Counted from the first letter of the stretch, positions 29,901 to 40,141 are shown. The stretch is 64,000 bases of DNA from Alphaproteobacteria bacterium (GCA_963665325.3 CAXXWS020000004.1:308794-372793); one strand, 5' to 3'. Notes: generated by a model not told the origin, from the sequence alone. A program made the numbers and translations.

Positions 29901-31735
29901 GCACCCTGCAACGGCAGGGCGAGGAGACGGATACGCCGCCGTTCCTGCTTCCGGGCGCAGACGAGGTCATGGCGCGCGCGGTCGCGCTCTCCCTCGTCGA
30001 GGACCTGCCGGCGGACATGCGGGTATTCCTCGACGGCATGCTGAATGAACACGAACGGCATATCGCGCATGAGCAGGAGGTGCGGGGCCTGGCCGACCGC
30101 CTCCGCGCGCACTGGCGGCGCTGGCCGGAACTCGGCTGGATCGCCTCGGCGCGGGGCTGCGCGCGGCAGGACCTGCCGGAACGTGCGGCGTGGCGCGAGG
30201 AAGGCGAGGCGCTGCTGGACGAGGCATGCGGCCTGGACGTGATACCGGACATTGCCGCCGGGCTTGAAGGCGAGATGGCGGCGGTGGAGCGCATGCGGCT
30301 GCGTGACGATGCCGAACGATTCCGGCGCGACCGGACGGCGCTCGGCGCGGGCGCCGTCCGCGAGGGCGTGCCGGAGCTGCATATGGAGGGCTGCGCCGAA
30401 CTTGCCGCACTGGCCGGACGGCTCGCGCAAGCCGAGGGCCTCGACCCGGCCGACCGGCGCCTGGTGGACGAGTGGCTGACGGTCCATGACAGGCAGACGG
30501 CGCTTGCCGGTGCGGTCCGCTCGCTGCCGAGCCGGGCGGAGGCATGGCGGGCGCGCAGGGAGACGGACCTGCCGCTTGACAGGCATGGCGGGGCCGACCC
30601 GGTCGATCCCGCCTGCCGCGCCTGGCGCGAGGAGGGCGAGGCGCTCCGGGAAGAGGCCGCCGGCATGTTGGAGGGGACAAGCCCGCACGGTCCTCACATG
30701 GGCGCCGTGCCGGGAGCACGGGAGGCGGTCGCCGCGGCGCTGGCGGAGATCGACGCCGCGGTCTTCGAGGACCGCTTTCAGCGGTTCGCCTGGCTGACGC
30801 GGCATATCACCGGCCAGGCGAAGGAGGCAGGAACCGTATGGTACTATGCGCCCCGCTACCCGGAGACGGTCGCCCATGTCCGTTCGCTCTTCGGGGAAGA
30901 AAGCCTCGATGAAGACCGGAGGCGGGCCGTCGGAGACTGGCTCCGGTATGACGACCGGTGCGAACGGCTCCGCCGGGAGATCCGGGACTGGCCGGCGCGC
31001 GCCGATGCGCTCCTCGGCGAGCGGCCCGGGCCGGGGAAGGACCTGGGGCCGATGCGGCGCTGGCGCGCCAGGGCGGAGCCGATGCTGACCGAGGGCCGCG
31101 CGATGCAGGCGAAGGAAAGCCCGCATGCGCCCCACCTTGCCGCCATGCCGGACGAATGCAGGGCGCTGGCCGAAACGGCCGGCCGGCTCGAAAACGCACT
31201 GGCCGAAATCGAGACGGCGGAGGTCGACCGCCTTCTGAAGATTGCCGGACTGGCCTCCGAACGGACCGGCGGCATCGCGTCCGACACGGCCGAACATGCC
31301 GATCCGACGCGACACGAGCGCCTGGCAAGGGACCGGGCCCGCGTCGAGGCGTTCCTCGATCTGGCGCGCAAGCAGCTGGACGAGCGCGACCGCATGGACG
31401 GCCTTCCTCGCGAGGTCCGGGCGATGGCGGGGCTGCCGCTCACGCCGGAGGCATGGAAGCAGGACGCCGATGCGGTGCTTGCCGAGGCAAACGCGCTCGG
31501 GCGGGACATCCCGGCGGGGGAACTCAAGGCCCATCTCGCCGCCGCCGGCGCCGGGCCCGATGCGATCGATGAGAATGCCGCGAAAATTGCCGAACGGCTG
31601 CGCGAGGACGAGGAAGCCCGTGCCGCCGAGCGGCAACGGCAGGCGGAGCAACAGGCGCAGGCCCGGGAGGCCGAACGCCTGAAGCTCGAAGAGGAACGGG
31701 AACAGAGCGAGGGCGGCGGGATGTCGATGTCGTAG
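26978..31735 (+). CDS. MOB-F (TrwC/TraI-like) conjugative relaxase-helicase
   Basis: YFERDGYY, DLTFSAPKSVS, HLTSRDRDPTLHTH, GHAGSGKTT, DEAS, HAYCSTVHGAQG. Confidence 0.95.
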   Translation: MVATFVELRSSAVTVSYFERDGYYARNDPEHRQASFWHGGAAEALGLGGHVRPKRFESVLAGFVPGTDIRLGRMREGERVHRPGWDLTFSAPKSVSIEALVMGDRRVIRAHDEAVRATLDWVERDLLQTRGWDAVTRRRPRVKAGGMVAAGFRHLTSRDRDPTLHTHCVLANMTRNADGQWRSVEPTAIKWNKKLIGSYYRNELARRLEALGMAVAPRLVGRIPGFELAGYSRDFVEAFSARRLAIEADLKRNKLPYTAKNAQAAALRTRRRKSEESLADLVPEWRARVRELGLVREKAALAPPRPLDPLTGERTARPCMPALDATANELRRQRRAPALPKLVRDGAAVRADKASLRLARSTARAELSYEPAPGLLEAVARAVAHVEERRVRIPEAEIRAVALGHAPGRYTLAEVDTATARLVRSGELVETDSRGADRAFITDRAVKTERRMLAAMRAARGEGRAEADPDTVAARLRQSGLTSGQQQAVRTVLLSRDRIVGVQGHAGSGKTTMLRTVKELLDGRTIMGLAPSASAARVLAREADIPSRTLQWFLTRHGDLSDPARLARARAEFGRAVLAVDEASMIDTVRMEALLRIARNLGVARIVLVGDTAQLRAVDAGQPFRVLQKAGMATAVMDEVLRQKDPELKTAAGRAREGEPGAAIRELGPRVHEHSREELGPDAGRRWLALSPEERADALILAPTHAIRRQVNETVREGLEAEGLLHGRALAIDRLVDRRLTRAQASDIRSYEPGDTVVFHRDVFGCRAGDVCMVTGKDEGHVAMAGPDGGERRFRPSGNAAAYLGLYDTERIEVMTGDRIRWTRNRKAPPARFGHPRQPDLVNGGEAEIVEIDRQRVLFRDDAGRTFPLRRKDPQLRHLDHAYCSTVHGAQGRTARAVIAVLDAHGAVDQAMFHVEVSRASESFQLLTDDREALVEMLEARPDREDGALEALGLDPAALPVVEPELFEALAADWRTLQRQGEETDTPPFLLPGADEVMARAVALSLVEDLPADMRVFLDGMLNEHERHIAHEQEVRGLADRLRAHWRRWPELGWIASARGCARQDLPERAAWREEGEALLDEACGLDVIPDIAAGLEGEMAAVERMRLRDDAERFRRDRTALGAGAVREGVPELHMEGCAELAALAGRLAQAEGLDPADRRLVDEWLTVHDRQTALAGAVRSLPSRAEAWRARRETDLPLDRHGGADPVDPACRAWREEGEALREEAAGMLEGTSPHGPHMGAVPGAREAVAAALAEIDAAVFEDRFQRFAWLTRHITGQAKEAGTVWYYAPRYPETVAHVRSLFGEESLDEDRRRAVGDWLRYDDRCERLRREIRDWPARADALLGERPGPGKDLGPMRRWRARAEPMLTEGRAMQAKESPHAPHLAAMPDECRALAETAGRLENALAEIETAEVDRLLKIAGLASERTGGIASDTAEHADPTRHERLARDRARVEAFLDLARKQLDERDRMDGLPREVRAMAGLPLTPEAWKQDADAVLAEANALGRDIPAGELKAHLAAAGAGPDAIDENAAKIAERLREDEEARAAERQRQAEQQAQAREAERLKLEEEREQSEGGGMSMS

Positions 31736-31885
31736 AGCGCGAGCGCGCGTCCGGCGCGCGGCACACAGTCGCCAACCCCGTCAACGCCTCAAGAACCCGA
31801 ACCGGCAAGCCCGATAGACCGATGGACGACGACAGCGCAGGCTGCGACACTGGCATGGGACGAAAGCGGTCTCTACGGTGCCACC

Positions 31886-32110
31886 GTGGCGGCCAAGGTC
31901 CACCGCGAACCGAGACGGGCAGGAGGCGTTCGCCCGCCGCGCGAATTCGTGCTGATGGACCGCGCCGCCGTCGGCCTCGGCTCCGTCTTCATGCGGCTGC
32001 GTGCCGAAATCAACTGGCATCGCCTCTTCCATGGCCTGATCGACGGTTTCGAGATCGAGGCGCTCGCCGCGCGGCAACGATCCGCGCTTGAGGCCGCTGG
32101 TCTGCGCCAG
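31886..32110 (+). pseudogene. 3' fragment of an ABC1/UbiB (AarF) kinase-like gene
   Basis: PPREFVLMDRAAVGLGSVFMRLRAEINWHRLF resembles the C-terminus of alphaproteobacterial ABC1 kinases. Confidence 0.55.
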
Positions 32111-32330
32111 GTTACGCTGGGCCCAGGGTTGTCCCCGACGACGCCGACCGGTGCGGCATTATTGCTTGCCGCCCGGCTGCTATCCGGTGCACGGTTATAT
32201 TCGATTCGTCGATTCAACGGCGTTGTCGCGCTCCCGAAACACGGGGACGGAGCGCGTCTGTTGCGCCTGCCGATGAACAGGCAGGACTTCAAGGAGGCCC
32301 CCTCGCGGCAGCGGATAAGGAGACGACGTC

Positions 32331-33965
32331 ATGGCAGGGAACCGACCTGAGACCCTCGTGGCGGAAAGGGGGCTGATGAAGGGCCTTCACTCCGGCATGG
32401 GATTCGCGGCGAAAGGCATGGTGGCCGCTTTTGTCGTGTTCACCGTGCTGAATGTCGAGTTCGCCAACGGCATCTACTCGGCGGTCCGGGACTGGATCCA
32501 AGTGTCCCTGGCTTGGTACTACATTCTCATCGTCGTCTTCCTGGTGTTCGTCTGCCTCTACCTGCTGTGTTCGCGGCACGGATCGGTCCGCCTCGGGGAC
32601 GACGATTCGCGGCCGGAGTTCAGTAATTTCTCCTGGTTCGCAATGCTGTTCTCCGCCGGCGTCGGCATCGGCATCCTGTTCTTCGGCGTGGCGGAGCCGA
32701 TCTTCTATTTCGACAACTCCGGCGCCTTCGGCTATCCGAACAACCCCCATGCCGATGCAGTCGGCGTCACCGACATGGACATGAACCGCGCTGTCCATGC
32801 CATGCGCGTGACCTATTTCCACTGGGGATTCCACGGCTGGGCGATCTACGTGATCATCGGGCTCTGCCTGGCCTATTTCGGTTTCCGGAAGAAGCTGCCG
32901 CTTACCATGCGCTCGGCGCTCTACCCGATTATCGGCGACCGCATCTACGGCCCCATCGGGCACGGCGTGGACCTGCTCGCGGTGTTCGGCACCGTGTTCG
33001 GTGTCGCCACCTCGCTCGGCCTCGGCGTGACCCAGATGGCGACGGGCATGAATGTGCTGTTCGGCCTCGATCCCGGCATCGCAACGCAACTCGTGCTGAT
33101 CGTGGTCATCTCGATCGTTGCGACGATCTCGGCCGTTTCGGGAGTCGGCAACGGGATCCGCATCATCTCGGAGTGGAATATCTGGCTCTCGGTGGTGCTG
33201 CTGGCGTTCTTCCTGTTCTTCGGGCCGTTCAAATGGCTGATGGGGTTCTTCGTGACCTCCATCGGCGACTACATCTGGAACGTGATCCCGATGGGCTTTT
33301 GGACCGCTGGCACCGATGCGGAGATCGCCTGGCAGGGCGGCTGGACCATCTTCTACTGGGGCTGGTGGATTTCCTGGGCGCCCTTCGTCGGCATGTTCAT
33401 CGCCCGCATCAGCCGTGGGAGGACGATCCGCCAGTTCATGGTGGGCGTGCTGTTCGTGCCGACCACCATCGCCTTCTTCTGGCTGTGCATGTTCGGCGGC
33501 AACGCCATGTACATGGAGCTCATGGCAGAGGGCGGCGTCGGCACGGCCGGCATCGTCGATCTGGTCCGCGCGTGGGATCTGCCATCGGCGCTTTACGGCA
33601 CCATCGACCGGTTGACCGAACTCGCGTTCCTGCAATGGATCATGGCGGCGCTGGCAACGCTGCTGCTGGCGACCTGGTTCATCACCTCGTCCGACTCCGG
33701 CACACTGGTCATCACCACCATGCTGTCCATGGGCGACGACAACCCGCCGCAACGCTTCCGTATCGTCTGGGGCCTGGGCGAAGGCTTCGTTGCCGGCGTT
33801 CTGCTGCTGGCCGGCGGCCTCAAGGCGCTTCAGACGGCTTCCATCGCAGCGGCGCTGCCGATCTCGGTCATCATGCTGTTCATGACCTACGGCCTGATAA
33901 AGTCGCTGTCGGAGGACAGTTCGGCCGTGCCGGCCGAGGGGAAGGCCGAGGCGGCGCCTGCCTGA
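32331..33965 (+). CDS. BCCT family (betaine/choline/carnitine) transporter
   Basis: SWFAMLFSAGVGIG, FHWGFHGW, WTIFYWGWWISWAPFVGMFIARISRGRT, TSSDSG. Confidence 0.96.
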   Translation: MAGNRPETLVAERGLMKGLHSGMGFAAKGMVAAFVVFTVLNVEFANGIYSAVRDWIQVSLAWYYILIVVFLVFVCLYLLCSRHGSVRLGDDDSRPEFSNFSWFAMLFSAGVGIGILFFGVAEPIFYFDNSGAFGYPNNPHADAVGVTDMDMNRAVHAMRVTYFHWGFHGWAIYVIIGLCLAYFGFRKKLPLTMRSALYPIIGDRIYGPIGHGVDLLAVFGTVFGVATSLGLGVTQMATGMNVLFGLDPGIATQLVLIVVISIVATISAVSGVGNGIRIISEWNIWLSVVLLAFFLFFGPFKWLMGFFVTSIGDYIWNVIPMGFWTAGTDAEIAWQGGWTIFYWGWWISWAPFVGMFIARISRGRTIRQFMVGVLFVPTTIAFFWLCMFGGNAMYMELMAEGGVGTAGIVDLVRAWDLPSALYGTIDRLTELAFLQWIMAALATLLLATWFITSSDSGTLVITTMLSMGDDNPPQRFRIVWGLGEGFVAGVLLLAGGLKALQTASIAAALPISVIMLFMTYGLIKSLSEDSSAVPAEGKAEAAPA

Positions 33966-34143
33966 ACGGTCCCGGGCCGCCGAGTTCGCGTTTCAGCTCG
34001 ACTCGGCGTTCGGGTATCCGGCGGTGCTGGGCCGGCCCCAGGCCGGGCCGGCTTCGCTCACCCGGTTGCGTCAGCGAGCAGGCAGGCGTCGGCGAGCGGC
34101 ACGACCGGGCTCAGGTGTCAACGGCGGAGCGCTGGCAACGGCG

Positions 34144-34232
34144 GAGCGCTGGCCCATCTTCGATATCTTGCCCAGCCGCGGCTTGCCGCCGGCTGTGTGC
34201 TGGCGCGACACCAGGCCGAGCCAAGCCGCGTA
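34144..34232 (-). pseudogene. IS110-family transposase fragment
   Basis: YAAWLGLVSRQHTAGGKPRLGKISKMGQR. Confidence 0.7.
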
Positions 34233-34540
34233 CCGGGCATCACCCTCAACTCCGTCGCCTTCATCAGCGCGCGCCAGGTGCCCGTCTTGCCGTAGCCGTT
34301 GCGCTCGGCGTGATGGGAGCCGTCGATCACGACGCAAGCCTTCGTCGCCGCGTGCTTCGCGCGCTCGATAAGCGCCTCGGTCACGATCGCGTCCGCCCCC
34401 GGTGCGATGAGGAGGCAGGTCTCTCCTGCCTCTCTGATGTGTGCGGCGATATGTGCGGCAATATCCTCGCTGGTGAGCCGGGTTCCGAGCATGTTGGCGG
34501 TCTCTCTGGACTTGCGCGGGCTACACGCACCACCTCACAC

Positions 34541-35590
34541 TAGAGCGTGATGATTTAATTGAGAATCGCAAGGGGATTCCGGTTTCAGGCTTGAGCTGAT
34601 TCACTGTTGTTTTTCCGACAGTGGAGGCTTGGGCGATGAGCCGTGCAATTTCGATGGACTTGCGCGAACGCGCGATGGTCCGGTTGGCCGAGGGACAGAG
34701 CGTCCGTCAGGTGGCGTCGGCGCTCGCTGTGGCGCCGTCGAGTATAGTGAAGTGGTCGCAGCGTCTGCGGGCGACCGGCAGTTGCGCGCCGGCGAAGATC
34801 GGCGGGCGGCGTCCACGCAAGATCGTCGGGGCGTATGAGGACTGGCTTCTGGAGCGGATCGAAACCCCGTTCACCCTGCGTGGTCTGGTGAGCGAGTTGG
34901 CCGCGCGCGGCCTCCGGGTGGATTACCGCACGGTCTGGTCGGCGGTGCATCGGGCGGGCTACTCGTTCAAAAAAAACCGCGCTGGCCAGCGAGCAATGCC
35001 GCCCGGACGTCGCGCGCCGACGGACGCGCTGGAAACGCCACCAGAAACGGGTTGATCCGCGCCGGCTGGTCTTCATCGACGAGACTTGGGCCAAAACCAA
35101 CATGGCTCCGCTGCGCGGCTGGGCGCCGAAGGGCAAACGCCTGATCGGGCGCGCGCCGCACGGCCACTGGCGCACCATGACCTTCATTGCCGCACTGCGC
35201 GTCGACCGGATCGACGCGCCTTGCGTCCTCGACGGACCGGTCAACGCCAAGGCCTTCCAAACCTATGTCGAACACTTCCTCGTCCCCACGCTGACCCCAA
35301 GCGATGTGGTCGTTATGGACAATCTTGCCAGCCACAAAAACGCAACCGTCAGAAAGGCCATCCGAAATGCCGGCGCCCACTTGCTGTTCCTGCCGCCATA
35401 CAGTCCCGACCTGAACCCGATCGAGCAGGTCTTCGCCAAACTCAAACATCTGTTGCGAGACGCCGCCGAACGAACCACCGAAACCACATGGCAGCGTATC
35501 GGCACCCTCCTCGACCGCTTCTCACCCCAGGAATGTGCCAACTACATCCAAAACGCTGGATACGCTTCCGTATGAAATCATCACGCTCTA
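34541..35590 (+). mobile_element. IS630-family insertion sequence; transposase in two frames (34636-35575)
   Basis: TIR TAGAGCGTGATGATT / AATCATCACGCTCTA with TA at both ends; SMDLRER HTH, FIDETW, MDNLASHK, LPPYSPDLNPIE; A8 run 34969-34976 at the frame change. Confidence 0.93.
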
Positions 35591-35740
35591 GTTCGGGTTT
35601 CGGCGCTGTGGTATCCCGCGCCCAGGCACAGATTGTCCGAAGCCGTGGGCATGCTGTCAGCCGGCTGCCCGGCGGCGCATTCAGAGGGTAATCGCCGGAG
35701 CGTCTCCGCCCCTTCGCAGGCCAGCGCAATCTGAAGGCGA

Positions 35741-36199
35741 TCATTTCCCTGACTGCCAGTCCTGGCTCGATGCGGTCGTCAACGAGGCCCAGTCGTCGGG
35801 CGGATTTCCCCGCATGAGCATCCTGGCGAAGACCGTGTACGGATCGTTTCTGCTCCCCGAGGAGCGCAGCGTGGATTGGTCATTGACCCACGCGTAGACG
35901 ATCGCCCTCGCCCTGGCATCGTACCGGAAGAACAATCGAAACCGTCTGCCGATCCTGGCGCGCCGCCAATGGCGGTAGCGCGGGCCGAGCGTGCTGCCCT
36001 GGCGGTACTCGTCCCGGGATGGATCCTGCGGGATGACTTCCAGCATCAGCCGGCTCAATGTTTGGAACAGCTTGACGTTCGCATTGGATCCGAATCCCGT
36101 CGGATCGCTTCGTTGCGCGCGCTGGACTGCATCGTGGAGCTTGCGCAGCTGATAGATGAGGCAATCGTGGAAAAGCAGCGTCCACCCGTGGCGCTGCAT
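35741..36199 (-). CDS. yhaV: YhaV family toxin (RelE superfamily)
   Basis: IPQDP..EYRQGSTLG..YRHWRRA, RFRLFFRY, YAWVND. Confidence 0.9.
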   Translation of the reverse strand: MQRHGWTLLFHDCLIYQLRKLHDAVQRAQRSDPTGFGSNANVKLFQTLSRLMLEVIPQDPSRDEYRQGSTLGPRYRHWRRARIGRRFRLFFRYDARARAIVYAWVNDQSTLRSSGSRNDPYTVFARMLMRGNPPDDWASLTTASSQDWQSGK

Positions 36200-36519
36200 C
36201 AGAGGTCGACGTCGCCGTCGATGTCCTCGTCCGGTCCCGGTTCACGCTCGGCATGTTCGAGCATGTCCTGTGCCAGATCGTCGGGGATCGTCCGAACATG
36301 CCGCCCGGCCTGGATATCGCCGGCGAGCAGATCGAGAAACGCAGCGATGGCCGGATCTTCATGCTCGGTGTCGGCACGGCTGACCACGATCTGTCCATCC
36401 TCGTGCAGTTCGAACGCCACCTTGGCGCCGACATCGACCCCCAGCGCCTGACGGACCGTCTTGGGCAGGGTGATCTGGCCCTTCGCGGTCATCGTGGCGA
36501 CTTCGTGGATGATCGACAT
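36199..36519 (-). CDS. prlF: PrlF (SohA) family antitoxin
   Basis: TMTAKGQITLPKTVRQALG AbrB fold, EDPAIAAFLDLLAGDI. Confidence 0.9.
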   Translation of the reverse strand: MSIIHEVATMTAKGQITLPKTVRQALGVDVGAKVAFELHEDGQIVVSRADTEHEDPAIAAFLDLLAGDIQAGRHVRTIPDDLAQDMLEHAEREPGPDEDIDGDVDL

Positions 36520-36789
36520 GATCGGCGCTCCTTCTGTGCCGTGCGCGACGGTAAGGATTATTCCTTACCTGGTCAACGCCATGCGGAGGTTGTGTCGGTG
36601 ACCAGGATACCTGGCCTCGGAACCCCGCATTGTTGCCCGCGCGTTGAGCGCGATCCCGTCGTTCATGGCCGAGGTGCGCCGCCCCTCGCTCAGTCGTCCA
36701 GGTCCTTGCGCAGGTACCGCAGGCCTCACTGAAGAGGATATGTGAGCCGGCCCCAACCCGTGATGCAGGCCAGCCGAAGCAATATGGGG

Positions 36790-37110
36790 ATCAAGGCTTC
36801 GCTGGGCGGAAGAATGGGCGGCGAAGACGGGCGGCGTCGACTTCGATGCGCCGGAGCATGACGAACTGATCGAGCGCGGGCGCTCCCTCGACGCCCGGCC
36901 CGACCTCCCGGACAATCTGCGCGAGGCCGTTCCCGGTCATCTCCAACGCCATGATCGCCTGGAGAAGAACCGCACCGATGTCAAAGCGTTCCTCAACAGG
37001 GCCGGCCGGTTGCTGCGCGACCGCCACAGACCCGCCAGGTCCGCCCCGGAAGACCGGGCGCAGGCAGGCCTGCCGCTCACATGGGAGGCGTGGAAGCAGA
37101 ACGCAGACGC
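36790..37110 (+). pseudogene. Remnant of a second relaxase C-terminal domain
   Basis: HDRLEKNRTDVKAFL...AGLPLTWEAWKQNADA parallels HERLARDRARVEAFL...AGLPLTPEAWKQDADA in the 26978-31735 product. Confidence 0.7.
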
Positions 37111-37231
37111 GCCGCGCTGCTCGCCGACGCGGAAGACAATCCCGACTGACCAAAAAACCAGGCGCCCGGAGCCATGCTCAAGGCCGGCCGGAACTTATTG
37201 AAATACCCGGCCGGAATCTCTGAAATACGCA

Positions 37232-37327
37232 GGCCACGACGCCGACGCGGTCGAGGCGCTGTTCGTCGATCTCTTCCTCGACGCCCATGAGCGCGTGCCG
37301 GAGCAACTGGTGTTCGACCTCGACGCC
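37232..37327 (+). pseudogene. IS1380-family transposase fragment
   Basis: GHDADAVEALFVDLFLDAHERVPEQLVFDLDA. Confidence 0.65.
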
Positions 37328-37410
37328 AATCGTGGAGTTGCGGCAACTCCCTGCGGGCACGCGGTTTTCGCAACCCGCTGTCCGGCTTCGAAGGCCGCAC
37401 ATTGGGGATT

Positions 37411-38475
37411 ATGAGAAAAACCCTGCTTGCGACCTCTGCGCTGGCCTTTGCCGGCGCGCTGGCGGCCGGGCCGGCCTCGGCGGCCGACATGCTGAGCGTT
37501 GGCGTCGGCGGCTATATGCAGCAATGGTTCGGTGTATCCAGCGTCGAGGATACGGCGAACCCGGCCACCGAGGGCGGCGTCGCCCAGCAGTCCGACAGCG
37601 AAATCCATTTCAGGGGCAAGCTGGAATCCGACAACGGCCTGACCTTCTCGGTCAAGGTCGAGATCGAAGGCAATACCCATAGCAGCCCGGTTGACGAGTC
37701 GCAGCTCACGGTGGGCGGCGAGTTCGGCCAGATCACGCTCGGCGCGGAGGACGGCGCTTCGGTGCTGACCCATCACGGCGTGCGCGATGCGGGTTTCGGC
37801 ATGGTCTGCGGCGATTTCGCGTCTTGGATCAACGGCATCAAGGGGTGCGGACCGGGCGGCATGGGCACTGCCGGCCACGGCCTCGGGGACAAGAACAACG
37901 TCACCTACTTCTCGCCGCGCGTGAGCGGCGTGCAATTCGGCGTGACCTACATTCCGAACATCGGGCAGGAAGCCCAGACCGCTCCCCTGACGGACAATGA
38001 CAACGACGCCTGGTCGGTCGGCGGCAACTACAAGGGCGATTTCGGCGGCGCCAATGTCGCGGTCTCGCTCGGCCACTACGAGAGAGCCACCGACTACACC
38101 TATTCCAACTTCGGCCTCAATGTCGGCACGGGCGCGTTCAGCTTCGATGTCGCCTATGCGGTGGAAGACGACGGCATGGATGCGGACACCGGAAAGGACA
38201 CCGACGTGATGACCGCCGGTGCGATGTACACGGATGGCCCGATGTCGATCAGCCTCAGCCACACCGTGGCCGATGCCGACGATGGCGACGAGCAGTCGGG
38301 GACGTTGCTTTCCGTCGGTTACACGCTGGCGCCGGGTGTTGCCTGGAGAAGCTCGCTCTTCGCCGCCGAAAGGGACCGCGGCATGACTGCCGTGCAAGGC
38401 GATGACGACGAGAACATTGCCGGCAGCAGCGTCGAGGGCAACGGCTTCGTGACCGGCATCACGATCGGCTTCTGA
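37411..38475 (+). CDS. Alphaproteobacterial porin, copy A (native RBS/promoter missing)
   Basis: MRKTLLATSALA signal, SEIHFRGKLESDNGLTF, YFSPRVSG, C-terminal IGF. Confidence 0.88.
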   Translation: MRKTLLATSALAFAGALAAGPASAADMLSVGVGGYMQQWFGVSSVEDTANPATEGGVAQQSDSEIHFRGKLESDNGLTFSVKVEIEGNTHSSPVDESQLTVGGEFGQITLGAEDGASVLTHHGVRDAGFGMVCGDFASWINGIKGCGPGGMGTAGHGLGDKNNVTYFSPRVSGVQFGVTYIPNIGQEAQTAPLTDNDNDAWSVGGNYKGDFGGANVAVSLGHYERATDYTYSNFGLNVGTGAFSFDVAYAVEDDGMDADTGKDTDVMTAGAMYTDGPMSISLSHTVADADDGDEQSGTLLSVGYTLAPGVAWRSSLFAAERDRGMTAVQGDDDENIAGSSVEGNGFVTGITIGF

Positions 38476-38564
38476 GCCTGCGCGGCAATCGACATCACGA
38501 AGGAACGATCAAGACAATTTGCCCGGCTGGCGCGGCCGGCCCGGGTTGAAAGGAGAGAGGTTCG

Positions 38565-40082
38565 ATGAGAACCATGAAACATTGGGCTATCGCGGCGATG
38601 ACCGCTACGGCCTTGGCGCTTGCAGGTTGCGGAGGCGGCGGAAGTTCGCCGCAGTCGGCAACGGACGGCGCGACACAGGTAGAGCAGATCGCCACGCTTC
38701 AAGGGCAGATCAACGCGCTGCGGGCGGAGCTTGGGCTGGATCCGATCGACATCGACAACCTGACCGGCAGCGTGTCCGATCTGGAGGGGCAGGTGTCCGC
38801 TCTGCGGGGGCAGATCGTCGACCGTGACAAAGAGATCGCCGACGCCGCGCGAGCGGCCATGACGGCACAGGGCAAGGCCGTCTTCGGCGTGCTCGACCCG
38901 TTGGGCGATGCGACCACCGCTGCAGATTCAACGATTGCCGCAGCCGCGCCGACTGTATCGGCGAGGCACGGGGCGACGACACGGGTGACCGCCGCCAATC
39001 AAATGACGTGGGTCAACACTCTTACCGCCGCCGGGATCGACACAACGGCCAACACTGCCTTCACGAGCGCGCAGGCCGGAACATCGGTGAGCCTTGCCGC
39101 GAACAATGGCTTTTCGGGAACGATGCTGACCTGGGAGGACGCGACCAGGGCCGACACGATGTTCGTCTACACCGACATCGCAGCGCCGCGTAGCAGGCTG
39201 TTCTCGGAGCAGTATGGCGGCAACGATCAGGTGCTGGCCTTGTCAACCACCGCGCATAGTGGCGTTGCGGGCACGGCCTTCAACGGGCGCGAAGGCGGCA
39301 CGGTCGAGCACGAGCCGAACGTCAGTGCGACTCCGGGTGCGCCCCCGACTATCGTGAGGCTGCCCGGCACCTATCAAGGCGCCGCCGGGTCCTACCAGTG
39401 CACCGGGGCCGACTGCTCCTCGTCGGTGAATGCCAATGGCACCATCACGTTCGGGGGCGGCGGCGGCTGGATGTTCACCGCCAACACCGGAGCGATGGTC
39501 TCGCTCGCAGATAGCGCCTACATGTCCTTCGGGTGGTGGATGAGGGACGACAAGACGTCCTCCAATCTGCTCGACAACGTCGCGGTGTTCCACGGACCGC
39601 AGGGGGGCACCGCCGTGGGCGCTGTCACCGATCTGACCGGCACGGCAGATTATGAAGGCGCCGCCGCCGGCAAGTATGCCTGGCGGGACCGGGTCGCGGA
39701 CACCGCCCATGGCGGCCACTTCACGGCGAAGGCTGCGCTGTCGGCAAACTTCGATACCGACATGATGAATGGCTCGGTCTCCGCCTTCCGGATCGGCGAT
39801 GACGGCGCGGACCCGGACTGGACCGTGACGCTGTCGCAAACTGCCATCGACACCAGCGACGGCTCGGTAGCGAGAACCGGTACCACCACCCAATGGGCCG
39901 TCGGATCGAGCAAGGCCGACAGGGCGGGCGGTTGGCAAGCGCAGCTTTCCACCACCGGCGCGAGCCGTAACGACGATCTGCCCACCGGCGTTTCGGGCGC
40001 GTTCGATGCCCAGTTCGGCGAGCAGGGCCGGATGCTCGGCGCGTTCGGCGCCAATATCACGAACCCGAACCCGCCGAACTGA
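38565..40082 (+). CDS. Surface lipoprotein with TbpB-like C-terminal barrel (T11SS cargo), copy A
   Basis: Lipobox LALAGC-GGGGSS, coiled coil, YMSFGWW, ADYEGAAAGKY, ALSANF, terminal MLGAFGA. Confidence 0.8.
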   Translation: MRTMKHWAIAAMTATALALAGCGGGGSSPQSATDGATQVEQIATLQGQINALRAELGLDPIDIDNLTGSVSDLEGQVSALRGQIVDRDKEIADAARAAMTAQGKAVFGVLDPLGDATTAADSTIAAAAPTVSARHGATTRVTAANQMTWVNTLTAAGIDTTANTAFTSAQAGTSVSLAANNGFSGTMLTWEDATRADTMFVYTDIAAPRSRLFSEQYGGNDQVLALSTTAHSGVAGTAFNGREGGTVEHEPNVSATPGAPPTIVRLPGTYQGAAGSYQCTGADCSSSVNANGTITFGGGGGWMFTANTGAMVSLADSAYMSFGWWMRDDKTSSNLLDNVAVFHGPQGGTAVGAVTDLTGTADYEGAAAGKYAWRDRVADTAHGGHFTAKAALSANFDTDMMNGSVSAFRIGDDGADPDWTVTLSQTAIDTSDGSVARTGTTTQWAVGSSKADRAGGWQAQLSTTGASRNDDLPTGVSGAFDAQFGEQGRMLGAFGANITNPNPPN

Positions 40083-40141
40083 CGGCGTTGTTCGGACCTT
40101 TACCCCGGCCGCTCCGGCGGCCGGGGCGCGGGGGACTACCC

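Noticed and set aside
37340-37400. Minus-strand GTGCG at the duplication edge suggesting a group II intron 5' end
   Set aside because: No RT gene or domain V in the window; a 5-mer is not enough evidence.
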